Shown: one piece after another, positions 12,899 through 26,140 of the stretch | Numbering within the stretch: position 1 is the first letter of the stretch | Layout of the letters: the number at the start of each line of letters is the position of its first letter | From: Octopus bimaculoides | Lineage: Eukaryota | Assembly (NCBI RefSeq): GCF_001194135.2 | Contig: NC_068982.1 | Coordinates: forward strand, 107,487,293 to 107,551,292 | DNA length: 64,000 bases | Direction of reading: 5' to 3' | The notes under the pieces: model-generated | The model's database searches: none | Told to the model about the DNA's origin: nothing | What the model saw: the letters and a program-made list of their open reading frames with translations, nothing else | Made by a program: the position numbers and the translations under genes

Positions 12899-13105
12899 TA
12901 TTGCGTTGTCCGGAAAGTTCGTGCTGATTTTTAAAGGAAAGAAAAAGGTCAATAAATACTTGAAATTACATTTTTAATCAACCAAATATGAACCATTTTG
13001 TTGCACAATGCATCTCCCTCTTCCCAGAATTGAGGTGGTTTCATGGCAAATAAGTCAAAAGGTAAACTACTATAAATCGGCACAAACTTTCCAGACAACC
13101 CAATA
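12899..13105. mobile_element. Mariner-derived MITE (207 bp)
   Basis: About 32-bp TIRs TATTGCGTTGTCCGGAAAGTTCGTGCTGATTT / AAATCGGCACAAACTTTCCAGACAACCCAATA with TA ends. Confidence 0.85.
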
Positions 13106-13568
13106 TTTCACTTCTTTTATTCATTACTTGCTTTGCCATTTAACCAGTTAAGTAATCAATTGTTTATTTAGTCGTTTCGTCATTCACTCAGTTAGCTAGG
13201 TTTGTCAAAGTCTTTATTTCACCATTCGTGACCTCATCAATAACATGCCCTCTTTACTTCAAGTCTGCTTCAAATCTGTCTCAGTCATGTCATTGATATG
13301 GTTGTGAATGGTGACAAAAAGGCTTCAATAAACCTAGCTGGTTGAGTGATTGAGCAAACAATTAATCTAACAATCGATGAGTCAGTTAGTTAACTGGTTA
13401 ACCCAAAAGCAAAGATGTGAAATAGAACCAGTGCATATGTTTATTATTGATCCTCTCAAGATACAACAAAATTTATATAATACTTTGTATTTCTAGACCA
13501 TTCTGAAATATTTTAAAGTTCTTAACAATGAATAGAAAATAACTTGCATCTTACATGTAAACTTAGTA

Positions 13569-13788
13569 ATAATCCTTTCTACTATAAGCACAGGACTTTA
13601 AATTTAAGGGGAAGTGGGTAGTCAATTACATCAACCCACAGTACTCAACTGGTACTTATTTTATTGACCCCGGAGGGATGAAGGGCAAAGTCAGCCTTGG
13701 CAGATTTTGAACTCAAAACAGAAAGCTAGGAGAAATGTTGCTAACCATTTTGTCTGGTGTGTTAATGATTCTGCCAGCTCACTGCCTT
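13569..13788 (-). mobile_element. Abundant tRNA-derived SINE copy (also 21088-21312 - and 23545-23740 -)
   Basis: Homology to the 11521-11940 copies, with an (ATT)n tail. Confidence 0.75.
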
Positions 13789-14717
13789 AAACTTAGTAAT
13801 AATAATGATTAATAATCATAATAATAAACCATGAATAGCTTGAATTTTTCTCTTCCTCAGAACAAACTGATTTATTCCACTTGTTTCAATTTTCTGTTGT
13901 CAAATTCTTTAATATCTAAAATACTGAAATTCATTAAAACTTTGCCTACCCTAATAATGGGTTCTCATACTAGTCAAAGGGTATACTTTGTAGAGGATGA
14001 ATATATAAATTAACCCTAATATGACACATTCATTTTATCAGCTATAAACTGTGGTGAACTGTCAATAGTTTAACAACCACTTCACTTTGCTACCCAAATG
14101 TTAACTAGTTACTAAGCTATCACAGTTTTTACCACAGGATCTGTCTAAAAATTCAGCATTTGGCAATGAAATATCTTTTCAGTAATACTATATGAAATAG
14201 AGTAAATTCCAGAATCCAGTGAAGTTGGTGGGTGTCTATGTTAGGAAAAATTAATATAAAATGTGGAAGATTGGCTAAGAATTTTGTTATTTGACCCCTT
14301 GTCTGAGAGTAAGGAAATTATTTTTAAAATTGAAGTCTGAGGATTGACTTAGTGGAGAGAAACAGAGAGAGAGTGATCACCGAACAAGAAATGTACTGCA
14401 ATGAAAAGCCATGGAGATGAAGTGATAAAAAAGAAAATTCAAAGATGAACAGGAAGGTAGATACAGGATATCCTTTCAAACAACCAGAGAAGGAGAAACA
14501 GTTAATGTGACCAGGATAAAGTATTAGAGGCAAGTGGGGGGAGAGGAGGTGAAGGAGGCACTACAATGCATCCAACAACCCAAAGGAGATTTATTGTTAC
14601 ATTAACAGATTAGATAATTGTGGGAAGGAGAGAAGAGGGTAATGGTATTGTGAAGTTGCAGAAGAATGGCGAGGTCATACAGCTACATTGATACACAATT
14701 ACATATGCATGCAGTCA

Positions 14718-14754
<37 letters not shown>

Positions 14755-14777
14755 AGAGAGAGAAAGAAAGAAAGAAA

Positions 14778-14922
14778 GAGTTAGAAAACAGAGGTCTAAT
14801 GGATACAAATTAATTTATTAATTACTTAACATATTCACCTTCAAATGAAACAATTGTAGGTGAATACGTTAAGTAATTAATAAATTAATTTATATCCATT
14901 AGATCTCTCTGATTTTTAACTC
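14778..14922. repeat. AT-rich hairpin (about 62-bp arms)
   Basis: GAGTTAGAAAACAGAGGTCTAATGGATA...TATTCACCT is inverted as AGGTGAATA...TATCCATTAGATCTCTCTGATTTTTAACTC. Confidence 0.88.
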
Positions 14923-15055
14923 GATAATAATGTCTGATATCTTACGATATTTTATATAATATATTCATTGAAGAAATATCTCTTCAAAATATAATATATT
15001 AAACCAGTGTATCTTGGATAAAATATCCCAAAAGAAGTTTAAATATCCTCATTGT

Positions 15056-15099
<44 letters not shown>

Positions 15100-17838
15100 G
15101 AGAATATACGAAAAAACAACAACAGACGAGGACAGGTGGTGTAAATAACAAAAGGATGTATTAGTATGACGCTCGATATATATGTGTGTGTGTGGGTGTA
15201 TATATATATGTGGCCAATGTCAGTGTCAGGTCAATGACACCATGCTGGTAGCACATAAAAGACACCCACTACACTCTCAGAGTGGTTGGCATTAGAAAAG
15301 GCATCCTGCTATATGAAACCTTACGAAATCAGATTGGAACCTAGTGCAGCTCCCCAGTTTACCAGTATTTGGTCAAACCATTCAACCCATGCCAGCATGG
15401 AAAATGGGCATTAAATGATGATGATACACACACACACATACACAAATAAATATGAATATTTATATACATTCCTTTATGGTCATCAGGACAAATAAATTTC
15501 ACAGTTTTCTGAAATTAATTTTAAAGTAGAAATTTTGACACAATAAACACAGTGAATGACTTTTACTTTCAAAGCATTAATGGGCCAAAAGAATTTCCAT
15601 GGAGCAATATGAGTGGAGCAATTTGACTCTGTGATGTGATTAATGTTATAGCTTTTTCAAGATGATCTCTATTCGGTGTCCAGCAAAAGGTTAATATTTG
15701 GTTCTCATTAAAAAGGAAAATGTTAACAAGCAATTTGTGCTCACTGATGAAGAGTAGTTGAGTTTCAATTAAAAGGATTTGAAACTAAATTACTTATTGC
15801 TTTTGGTGTAATTTTCCACTATTTTTTCACTTCACTGCCTTATTCTTTTTTACTTGTAAGAATTGAATAGGCAAGTATTTCCAAAATCATAAATAGTCTC
15901 ATATGTTTTATGATCTCCTTCTGCTTGTATAGTGTTCATGTCATTAAATATTGACCAAGCATTACATGGAGTCATAGACTCTTTCTTCTCATATATGTCT
16001 TTAATTCAATTTCTAAATTCCATATTGACTTCAGACTTAATGGCATGTTGAGACTCGCTTGACATTTTGTAAATACTATCATATTGGTTATTCTCCATAT
16101 TGCTAGTTTTGTATGTTTTGGGGTTGTAGAGAAAATACAAAACTTAAAAGAATTGGCGATATTGTCTTTCAAGCAGAGAACACAGTATTTAAACAAACAC
16201 ATTCTTTTCTTTTTTTTATTTTCATAATTACTTCCTCCTTTATAATTCTATTGAATACTGAACTTTTAGTTTTTTAGTTTTTTTATTTTATTTTATTTTT
16301 GTTTTGTCACTTCAATCCTGCAGCTGTGTACTTAAGCACAGTACTCATCATCATCATCGTTTAACGTCTGCTTTCCATGCTGGCATGGGTTGGACGGTTT
16401 GACTGAGGACTGGTGAGCCAGATGGCTGCACCAGGCTCCAATCTGTTATTCTATTAATAGTATTTTTTCCAATTTCGATTTAGAATTGATTATCATTAGA
16501 ATATAATGAGATTATGGTCTATGAATTAAAATTTTAATTCTTAAAGATTATTTGAGTTGTATTTGAAAGAATAACCATGCATGCACCCATGCACACAGAC
16601 GCACAATACTCATACATAAATGCATAAGCACACACATACACACACATGCATATATCTGTTGTGAAATTTTCCAAATATATCTCACCCGTGATAGCAGAGG
16701 GAAAAAAAGTGTATGTGTGTTGATGATGCATCTGTTTTATGTAGGAATGATGTAACATGTTATGATAATGAAGAAGAGTGGGAGGTAAAGATAGCGTTGA
16801 CAATGTCACCGAAGTTCAGCAATCAGCATGTTTCCCCAATTCTTACTTTACTGCAGTATTGATTTTTCTTTTCCTGTCCTAAACTGTGTGCTAAGATTTG
16901 GAAGTATGTCTTCCTACTCTTTCATGTCTGCAAAGAAATTTATTTCTGTATTTTGATCTGTCATTTGTGGCAAATCATTGTTCTTTGAGCCTATCAACTA
17001 ATTACAGTGCCATGCTTTAAATTAATAACTAAATCAAGCATCTATTTGAAGTTCAATGGAGATATTAAAAGAAGATTCCTTTAGTTTGTCTTCCATTATA
17101 TCAAGACAGATATTTTTTTTTTCATTCTCTCTTTTTATTAATTCATAATATTCTGAATGCTCTTGAATTTTGAGATATCTTGAAATATTTCCCTATTCCT
17201 GAAAGTAAGAAATGAAAAATTAAAAACAGCTATTATTGTTTAAGTGAAATAGCCTGACTCTCTGGTCTTATGTTCAAACCTGCTTCTGGTATCTCTAAAT
17301 AAGCTGCTTAATTCTCTAGGTCTCAGTTTACTTAGTTGTCACTAACAGTGAATTGTGAGTCTTTATCAATTGGCATCTATCTTATTCAATGATAAATTTA
17401 ATTTCCTAGTCGATAATAAAAATGAACCAATAAATGCATATTTACAAGGTCACCTGACCTGTTAGAAATAGTAGTCATGGTACCTTACAGTTTCCATTTC
17501 CCAAATTCACTCACATCTGAACCAAGATGAATTGCTTAATCAACAGAACAGCCTTCTCATTAAATTAGCTTGTACATAGCTAAGTATTCCTCATATATGT
17601 ATATCCTTTATAGAATCCTCAGGAGGATCAGTTTGACAGTGTATAATGAAAGTGGCCCATTTGAATTGCAGATATAGTACATCTGATAGATTTTGACCCA
17701 GTTACCATTCTCTCCACTTTCATTCAAATGGCTAATGTAACAGGCACTTGTCCAAAATGCCACCACTCAGTGAGACTGAAGAAAGCTGAGACTTCATGAC
17801 TGTGAAACAAATATGTAGCCATGCTTACATCCATCCAT

Positions 17839-17877
<39 letters not shown>

Positions 17878-17879
<2 letters not shown>

Positions 17880-18230
17880 TGGCACTTAAAAAGCATCATT
17901 CAAGCTTGATCAATGCCAGTGCCGCCTGACTGGCTCCTGTGTCAGTGGCACGTAAAATGCAGCATTTGAGCATGGTCAGTGCTAGTGCTGCCAGACTGGC
18001 ACCTGTGCCACATAAAAAGCACCATTCGAGTGTGGTCAATGCCAGTGGCACATAAAAAGCACCCACTACACTCTTAAAGTGGTTGATGTTAGGAAGAGCA
18101 TCCAGCTGTAGAAACCTTGCCAGATAAGAATGGAGCCTGGTACAACCTCCCGGCTTGCCAGTTCTCAGTCAAACCGTCCAACCCATGCCAGCATGAAAAG
18201 CTGGTATGGGTTAAACGATGATGATGATGA

Positions 18231-18232
<2 letters not shown>
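17878..18232 (+). mobile_element. SINE-like repeat with (GAT)n tail (family also 15210-15425 +, 16345-16445 -, 19778-19982 -, 59365-59465 +)
   Basis: Shared ACCCACTACACTCT..GAGTGGTTGGC.TTAGGAAG...CAACCCATGCCAGCATGGAAA...TTAAACGATGATG tail. Internal imperfect tandem repeats at 17880-18060. Confidence 0.7.
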
Positions 18233-18281
<49 letters not shown>

Positions 18282-18553
18282 CATACACAGTAATGCCTCG
18301 ATATATGAGTTAATTTGTTCTTGGAGACCATTCATGAAGTGAAAACTTGTGAAGCAGAACAATGATTTCCCATAATAGCAATGTTATAAATCATAATTCA
18401 TTCCCAGAAAAATATTTTACCTATTAAATTTACAATACTTGTAAATAAATGGCAATATATCAGCAGTAGAATGTAAAGAATATTTTATGTGAAGTAAAAA
18501 GAGTGTCAGGTTCATTTATAATAAAAAATGTTATTATTATTATCATTTTCTGA

Positions 18554-19210
18554 TTGCTGTCAGCTGAGCCTGCACAAGGTGCGCATAGAGCGACGAAACC
18601 ATTCTGCACGCACTTGTACCAGTGCCCGTGCATTGCTGACCTGTGGGTTTATGTTGAACAGCTGCTGTCATGTGTAGGACAGATCTGGCTATCAACTGAA
18701 CCCATAGTGAGGATTGTCCCACCGCCCTCCTTCGGCCAGGAGGGACAGACAGTTTTCATTTGTCTGGTGGTTGTAGCGAAAGAGGTTGTATCGTGGACAT
18801 GCTTGAAAGGACTGAAGACAGACACTTTCCTCTTTGGGCAAACCCTCATCAACTTTTTCAAGTTTCACTTGAAAGGGAGAGTGAGGGTGGAGATAGAAGT
18901 GTTGTCTTCTAGCAAGTTTGTTGAAAGATGAGTGAATGTTGGAAAAATGGTTAGTGTGAAAGAACCTATCTTGAGTTTGCACCTGTGAAAATGAAAAAAC
19001 GGAAAGGGCTCTTGCCCTGTTGGTCAGATCACCCATAGTTTTGTGGATTTTTTCAATGAGCAACCTTTAAATTGCCTCCCCTTTTTGGGAATTTTAATTA
19101 TTTAATTTTCATTGTTTTTCTGTTTACAGGATTTAAAAACCCTTTTGTATTGTCCTGTTATGTCCTTTTATGTTATTTTATATAAGCCCTTGTGTCTAAT
19201 AAAAGAATAA
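18554..19210 (+). mobile_element. 5'-truncated Tx1/L1-type LINE 3' end with 15-bp TSD
   Basis: Degenerate CCHC knuckle (CTRCA*SDETILHALV/QCP), then IADLWVYVEQLL...FFKFHLKG.VRVE..VLSSSKFVER. The 3' UTR has AATAAA. Flanked by ATTATCATTTTCTGA at 18539-18553 and 19211-19225. Confidence 0.85.
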
Positions 19211-19535
19211 ATTATCATTTTCTGAATCACTTTCACTCGCACTAGACTCACACACACCATCACTTGTAAATGCAATAGCTAATTCATAAGCACTCTTAGA
19301 CAGACTTGTAGATTTCTTTTTTAAAAAGCAAATCTAGAGTTGTTTGATTAGAAGCTTTTTTGTTTTGCTCTCTATAAATCGCTCAGTAACACACAGAAGC
19401 ATTTGTTATAGTAGTAGAAACTTTTGTACTTCATTCAAAATTTTGATCTTAGCTGTTTAACCTTTTTATCTTTATTATAAAATAAAGCTTATAAATCTAG
19501 AGTCTCATAAATCGGGTCTTCGTAAAGTGAGGTAT

Positions 19536-19576
<41 letters not shown>

Positions 19577-20048
19577 AGTGAGTTTGGAGAGATATATTAT
19601 TTGGGTGGATACCATGTTAGCTCTCAGTTGGAATCCAGATGCCAGCTAACCACAACAGTCAGTATCCAATGTCTGTGTCTACAATTAGTTGTTAGTCACT
19701 CCATGAATTCTTCTGTTGGGGAATTTCACATGTCCTATGCTGCTGAACTGTAAAGATTCCCTGGAATATATCATCATCATCATCATCATCATCATCATCG
19801 TTTAACGTCTGCTTTCCATGCTAGCATGGGTTGGATGATTTGACTGAGGACTGGCAAGCCAGAAAGCTGCACCAGGCTCCAATCTGATCTGGCAGAGTTT
19901 CTACAGCTGGATGTCCTTCCTAATGCCAACCACTCCGAGAGTGTAGTGGGTGCTTTTATGTGCCACCGGCACGAGGGCCAATCACATTAATGTTAATAAT
20001 GATACAGAGTATGGAGACTTGTACATCCACTAAATTTATTTTATAATT

Positions 20049-20582
20049 ATATACAGCATATTACAATGACCTACACATGTTTCCATTGCAATAACTACTC
20101 ACTGTTACAGATGCAACCTTGAAATATTGTCGGTGCAGTTTTATCAGGGTCCATCCATTTGGTCCTTTTTGAAGTGAACTGGTTGCTGTTAAATATTGTT
20201 AGTTAGTGTTCTGTGGGAGGTAGGGGGTGTTGTTATTTATAGATATCTCCTGCTAACCTTGATTTCACCCCAGTTGTCATCTGAAGTTCAGGCTTGGTCT
20301 TAAAATAGGTCACAGTCAAGGTTGTTGTTTTGTAAGATTCCTTGTTCAATTTCGAACGGCAACTGGGGTGAAATCAAGGTCAGAAGCACATACCTATAAA
20401 TAACAACACCCCTACCTCCCACAAAACACTAACAAAAATTTACTGCAGCCAGTTCACTTACAAGAAGACTAAATGGACAGACCCTGATGGAACTGCACCA
20501 ACAATACTGCAAGGCTGCATCTGTAACAGTGAGTAGTTACTGCAGGGCAAACACGTGTATGTCATTGTAATTTGCTGTATAT
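20049..20582. repeat. Large imperfect palindrome (about 230-bp arms, about 77-nt spacer), Penelope-like inverted pseudo-LTR arrangement
   Basis: 20049-20279 is the reverse complement of about 20357-20582 with scattered transitions. Each arm carries a degenerate hammerhead motif. Confidence 0.85.
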
Positions 20583-22876
20583 ATGTGTATGTGTGCACAA
20601 GACATTCAAAATAAGAATGGAGGATTAAATATTGTCAAAAACTTGTTTATTACCGTATTATACAATACATTCACTTTAAATCTCTGTCCAACACGTGTTT
20701 CTATTGCACAGATATCTTAAGATATGGCATTTAGATGCACCCTGTTGGTTCAGTTGCATTATAAGTTCACCCAGGGTATATGTATCTATGTAACTTTATT
20801 CAAGGTATCACTACTACAAGTTTTTGAAGTGAACTGAAGAGTTCAGTGCTTGATAGTCTTATTCTGGGTATAATTTAGGAAGGGGAGATAATTTTGCTTA
20901 GTGTAGAAGTAGAGGTCGTGAAATATACGGTAACAAACAATGAGACATTACTGTTCTTCCACACAATGCATGTAAAATTATTTACTAGAAAATAATGGAA
21001 ATACTTTATCTTTTTGTACCCATTGGTACACAAGAGTTCCACTGCTGGAAATGAAAAATGTAGAGATTAACGCTCGAATTATACAGTCAATAATAATAAT
21101 CCTTTCTACTATAAGCACAAGGCCTGAAATTTTGTGGGAGGGGGCTACTAGTTGATTACAATGACCTTAGTGCTCAACTGGTATTTCTTCTATCAACCCT
21201 GAAAGGACGAAGGGCAAAGTGGACCTCAGCAGAGTTTGAACTCAGAATGAAAAGACAGATGAAATTCCACTAAGCATTTTGTCTAGCACACTAATGATCC
21301 TGCCAGCTTGCCAATAATAATAATGATGAGCTTATAAAAGAACCTGTACTTGGTTACATACTTCGCTGGAAAAATTTGCCAAATCTCCTTTGACAATAGG
21401 TTTGTTTAATCATGGTTTGCCTAGAGATTAACAACAACTACAATATACTTTCACTAATGTCATTTGTAAAAAAGAGGAAATGATGACATTACGGAAGTGA
21501 GGTAGATAAAGAGGGAAGAAAATTAGGACGATGGTTCATGAATTTACATGATTATTGATTGACATTAAAGGTCTGCTTCTGTAAGTCACTTATTCTAAAT
21601 AAAAAAATCACTGTAAATCTCCATAATTTTAGGAAAGCAGTTGTCAAATTAGCACCACCATCACCATCTCCACCAACCATCTTCACCACCACCACTGTCG
21701 TCATCATCATCATAGCTACCATAAACATCTTAACCATTGCTATCATTAGCATTAGCTTGATGTGTTAAATGTGGAGGATAGCAGAATTGGTAGAATGCTG
21801 GACATTGTGTTCCTTTACATACTGAGTTTAACTTTTGTAGGAGTGGGTTTGACCTATTTATTTTTATTTTAGGTCACAATTTGTGAAAAATAGTTCTGTT
21901 GGTTACAGGTTTTCTGTGGCCAACTACAGGTTTGCTGCAGTTATGGCAAGAGTTATAATGGAGTGTCACTGATATTTCTGGTTTCTTACTAAAGTTTATA
22001 TATGTGTGTGTATGTGTGCATGTTGCATGTATATTTTTCTCTAACATACATTGATAAAAGATACACATATGCTCACACACATACAAGCACGTGCTTGTGC
22101 ACACACACACAACTAGCTTTCATGCCAAATTCATTCACATAGTACTGGGCAACCCAGTCAATGACACTTGCCCATGATATCACAAAGTGGAAACATGTGA
22201 TTATGAAGTGACTTTCTCAATCATACAAATATGACCTTTATCTTTCAATGGTGGATGGATTCAACTGACCCTACTCCACTAGTGTAGCTAGAGTGTGTGC
22301 TTCCCAGGGTGGCCCTTAAGTTTGCCACCCCTGGGTCTCCACAAAAAATACATATTGCCTACAGCAGACCCAAAAGTGGTGCCATCCCCATAAAAGTCTG
22401 CCCAGGAGAGACCACCCCCTCTGCCTCCCTCTAGCTAGTGCCATACTCGCTTGTTCTCTACCAGTTGACCTTGGGAAGCTGAAAAGTAATTTACCCCTAG
22501 CAGAATTTGAACTTAGAACATAAAGAGATGCAACAAAATACTACAAGGTATTTTGTTCACCTATTCTACTATCCACTACCACATTAAAATATACTAAATC
22601 ACAGTTAATAACTTGAAGAACTGTTTAATAATTTGAATAAAGCTATAAGAGTTATGGAAGGGTCATTTGAGATAAACAATCAAACATAGAATACACATCT
22701 ATTTAAGAATAAGTTGTTAGAAGATATAACATATTATATAGAATACTTTTTGATCTTATTAACTGAATTCAGAACTTAAACCACTTAAATCTGTAGTCAT
22801 TATATCAAAGTCTTTTCTGTTAATGTTTCCTGTTATAAATGCTAATGTCAATGGTTGTCCTCATTTTATCATGAAG

Positions 22877-22960
22877 GTGAATTCTGTAAACTGCTCAACA
22901 TGCTGGAAGATCAGTTTGTTTATGGACTACAAAGAAAACAAAGAAGATGTCCTGAAAGGC
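22877..22960 (+). CDS. ITPR: IP3 receptor exon B (VNSVNCSTCWKISLFMDYKENKEDVLKG), phase 0-0
   Basis: aAG acceptor, GGC|gtgagt donor, 84 nt. Continues exon A in frame and matches ITPR VNSVNCNTSWKIVLFM...DILKG. Confidence 0.95.
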
Positions 22961-23944
22961 GTGAGTACCATTCCATTTCTGCATTGTAAGAAAATAAGTT
23001 CTGTGTTCATTTCTTTTCTAAGAACATTAATTTAGGCACAGGAGTGGCTGTGTGGTAAGAAGCTTGCTTCCCAACCACATGGTTCCAGGTTCAGTCCCAC
23101 TGCGTGGCAACTTGGGTAAGTGTCTTCTACTATAGCCTCGAGCCGACCAAAGACTTGTGAGTGCATTTGGTAAATGGAAACTGAAAGAAGCCTGTCATGT
23201 GTGTGTGTGTGTGTGTGTGTATTTGTGTCTGTGTTTGTCCTCCAACCATCGCTTGTCAACTGATGTTGGTTTGTTTGCATCCCTGTAACATAGCGGTTTG
23301 GCAAGAGAGACCAATAGAATAAGTACTAGACTTACAAAGAATAAGTCCTGGGTTCAATTTGTTTGACTAAGGGTGGTGCTCCAGCATGGCTGCAGTCAAA
23401 TGACTAATGTGAAGTTGTGAAAGTTGTTGATCCAAAGGGCAATAGTAATTTTGCTGAAGGATTTAGTTAAAAATCCACACCATATTACAGACTTAGTTTG
23501 CTTTGAATTTTGCTAATTAGAAGTTATGGCTTCACATGTTGGTTCAAGGCCAATTTTAATGGTTGGGAGTGTTAGTTGATTCCATCAACCCCAGTACCCA
23601 AATGATAATTATTTGTAACATCCTTCAAAAGGGTGAAATGCAGAGTGAGCCTCAGCTGAATTTGAACTCATTTTGTAAAGAGCCAGCAAAAATGCTACTA
23701 AGCATTTTGCCAAATCTGCTAATGATTCCGCCAGCTCACCACGTTGGTGATGGCTGAAACACCTTTGATCATAAGTCTGCTTGATCAGGGATAACTTGGA
23801 GCTAAACAACTCCACAATAATTTTTCCAGTTCCTAAATCTACCCATTCATTTAAAGTTAGAAAAAATATGCTTGTGTCTTTAAATATATTTGAGCTGGTT
23901 CTATATTTATTCTTTCATCAGGTTCAACAGACATTAGTATTTGA

Positions 23945-24208
<264 letters not shown>

Positions 24209-24559
24209 TAAGCAACCTTGTTTTCCAACCTAGCACACATCTAAAACTTCTTTTTCAGTACAAATTATAATTACTTTATTTCATTTTATTATCTATCTAT
24301 TTCATTATCTGTCTATTTAAACAGTTTCGGCTTCCATGCTGCATGTTTAGAGGAAAAACTTAAGATCCCTTTGCTCAATCTAACTCTCCCTCTTTCTCCC
24401 TTCTCCCTCTCTTTCATGCTCATTTATTATTGTCATTATTCATTCATTTATCTAATTTTATCACAGTTTGGCTGACTGAAAACTGTTGGTTATAGCTCTA
24501 GTTAAGAATGCAAATACCCAATTCTATCTCGTTATTATCATTAATATTTTTTTCACACC

Positions 24560-25012
24560 GGGTTTGGTTCCCGCAATGAGGAGGGAACCAGGCTGCTGGC
24601 GTTCTGTGATGCAAATGATGTTAAGGTTTGTAATACCAACTTCAAGAAACCTGCCAATCACCTATTCACCTACCCATCTGGTGGACACACTAGTCGAATT
24701 GATTACATCCTCACCAGGAAATGGGTAAGATGGCTACTTATAAATGCCAAAGCCTTCCCAGGTGAAGAATGCACCCCACAACATAGATCAGTAGTTAGTG
24801 ACTTCAGGATCAGGGCTAAATGGATGCCCAAAAGACGACCAGCATGGAGAAAAAGGGTCTGCAAGCTTAAGGATCCTGTGAATGGACAGAGATTTAACGA
24901 TGTATTACTCGAAGCTTTTGATGAAATAGAGGAAGACATAGCATCATATGATGTGGAAGACAACTGGAGGTTCCTAGGGGACAACCTGTTGAGGGCTACT
25001 GACCAGATCTGT
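24560..25012 (+). mobile_element. RTE-clade LINE fragment (AP endonuclease C-terminal half)
   Basis: Open frame GFGSRNEEGTRLLAFCDAN...NTNFKKPANHLFTYPSGGHTSRIDYIL...GEECTPQHRSVVSDF. Confidence 0.9.
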
Positions 25013-25494
25013 TTTTTAACTCAATACATCAGGCAAATTTGATTCACATTACAAACAACTACTGATCTGTCTGCTAAGTTATCCAAGACTGTTGAAAAAT
25101 AGATTGTCAAAGACCACTCACCTACATGTTACAACCACTAGCCAACAGATTCTACCTCTCTCCTATCATTATTATGACAGCTTATTCTTCATGTCCAAAA
25201 CCACTCAATATACCCATCTCTCCTCCACAAATCATATATACTCTATTTCACACATCCCAAACTTTTCATAATCCATAACTGTTGCTCTCTGAAACTTCAT
25301 TCTTGTTCATATTTTAAACTTGTATTATCTTTACTTGTGATAACATTTAAATGGCTTGTTTGATACTGGTATACTTGCTTTGTGTGCTACATAATACCAG
25401 TTTTATTTTGGTACTTTAGACAATATTATTAGTATTTGGTTGATTGGTACCACTGTAGTTTAAGATTCACTCTTATTTTTAATCTTTTTTGCAG

Positions 25495-25590
25495 ATTGTC
25501 CATCATGATCCATGCAGAGGTGGAGCTGGTCACTGGAACAGCCTATACAGATTTAAACATTTAGCAACTGATCAATATTTGGCAGCAGAG
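25495..25590 (+). CDS. ITPR: IP3 receptor exon D ([32 protein letters not shown]), phase 0-0
   Basis: ttttgcAG acceptor, GAG|gtatgt donor, 96 nt. Matches [26 protein letters not shown]. Confidence 0.97.
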
Positions 25591-25739
25591 GTATGTCTAC
25601 TCCGTTATATACTTTTCCCTTTTATAGCTAAAAGTATTGTAAATATGGTACCAATTGGAGAAAAATGTTCAAGGGAGAATACTCTTAAATCCTTTGAATG
25701 CAAAATTTCATGAACTCTAATGTAAACGTTTCATCGTTA

Positions 25740-26140
25740 TTAGGCAGAATCGTTAACATGCCGGGAAAAATGCTTAGGAGCATTTCATCTGTCTTTATGT
25801 TCTGAGTTCAAATTCTACCAAGGTCAGCTTTGCCTTTCATCCTTTCAGAGTCGATAAACACTGGGGTCAATGTAATCAACTAGCACCCTCCCCCAAAATT
25901 CCAAGCCTTGTTCCTATGGCAGATTATTATTATCTTCACCTAATGCAGCAAGCTGAGAGAATTGTTATCAGACTGGAAAAAATGCTCAGTGGCATTTTGT
26001 ATGCCTTTATATTCTGAGTTCAGATTCCACCAAAGTTAACTTTACTTTTCATCTTTTCGGGGTTCATAAAATAAGTACCAGTCGACTTACTCTGTCTCCT
26101 GAAATTGCTGGCCTTGTGCCAAAATTTGAAACCATTATTA
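25740..26140 (+). mobile_element. Two tandem copies of the abundant tRNA-derived SINE
   Basis: GGCAGAATCGTTAACATGCCGGG...GAGTTCAAATTC...TTTCATCCTTTCAGAGTCGATAAA homology, with ATT tails. Confidence 0.75.

Noticed and set aside
21478-21560. C/D-box snoRNA (ATGATGA)
   Set aside because: No suitably placed D box (CTGA) or terminal stem.
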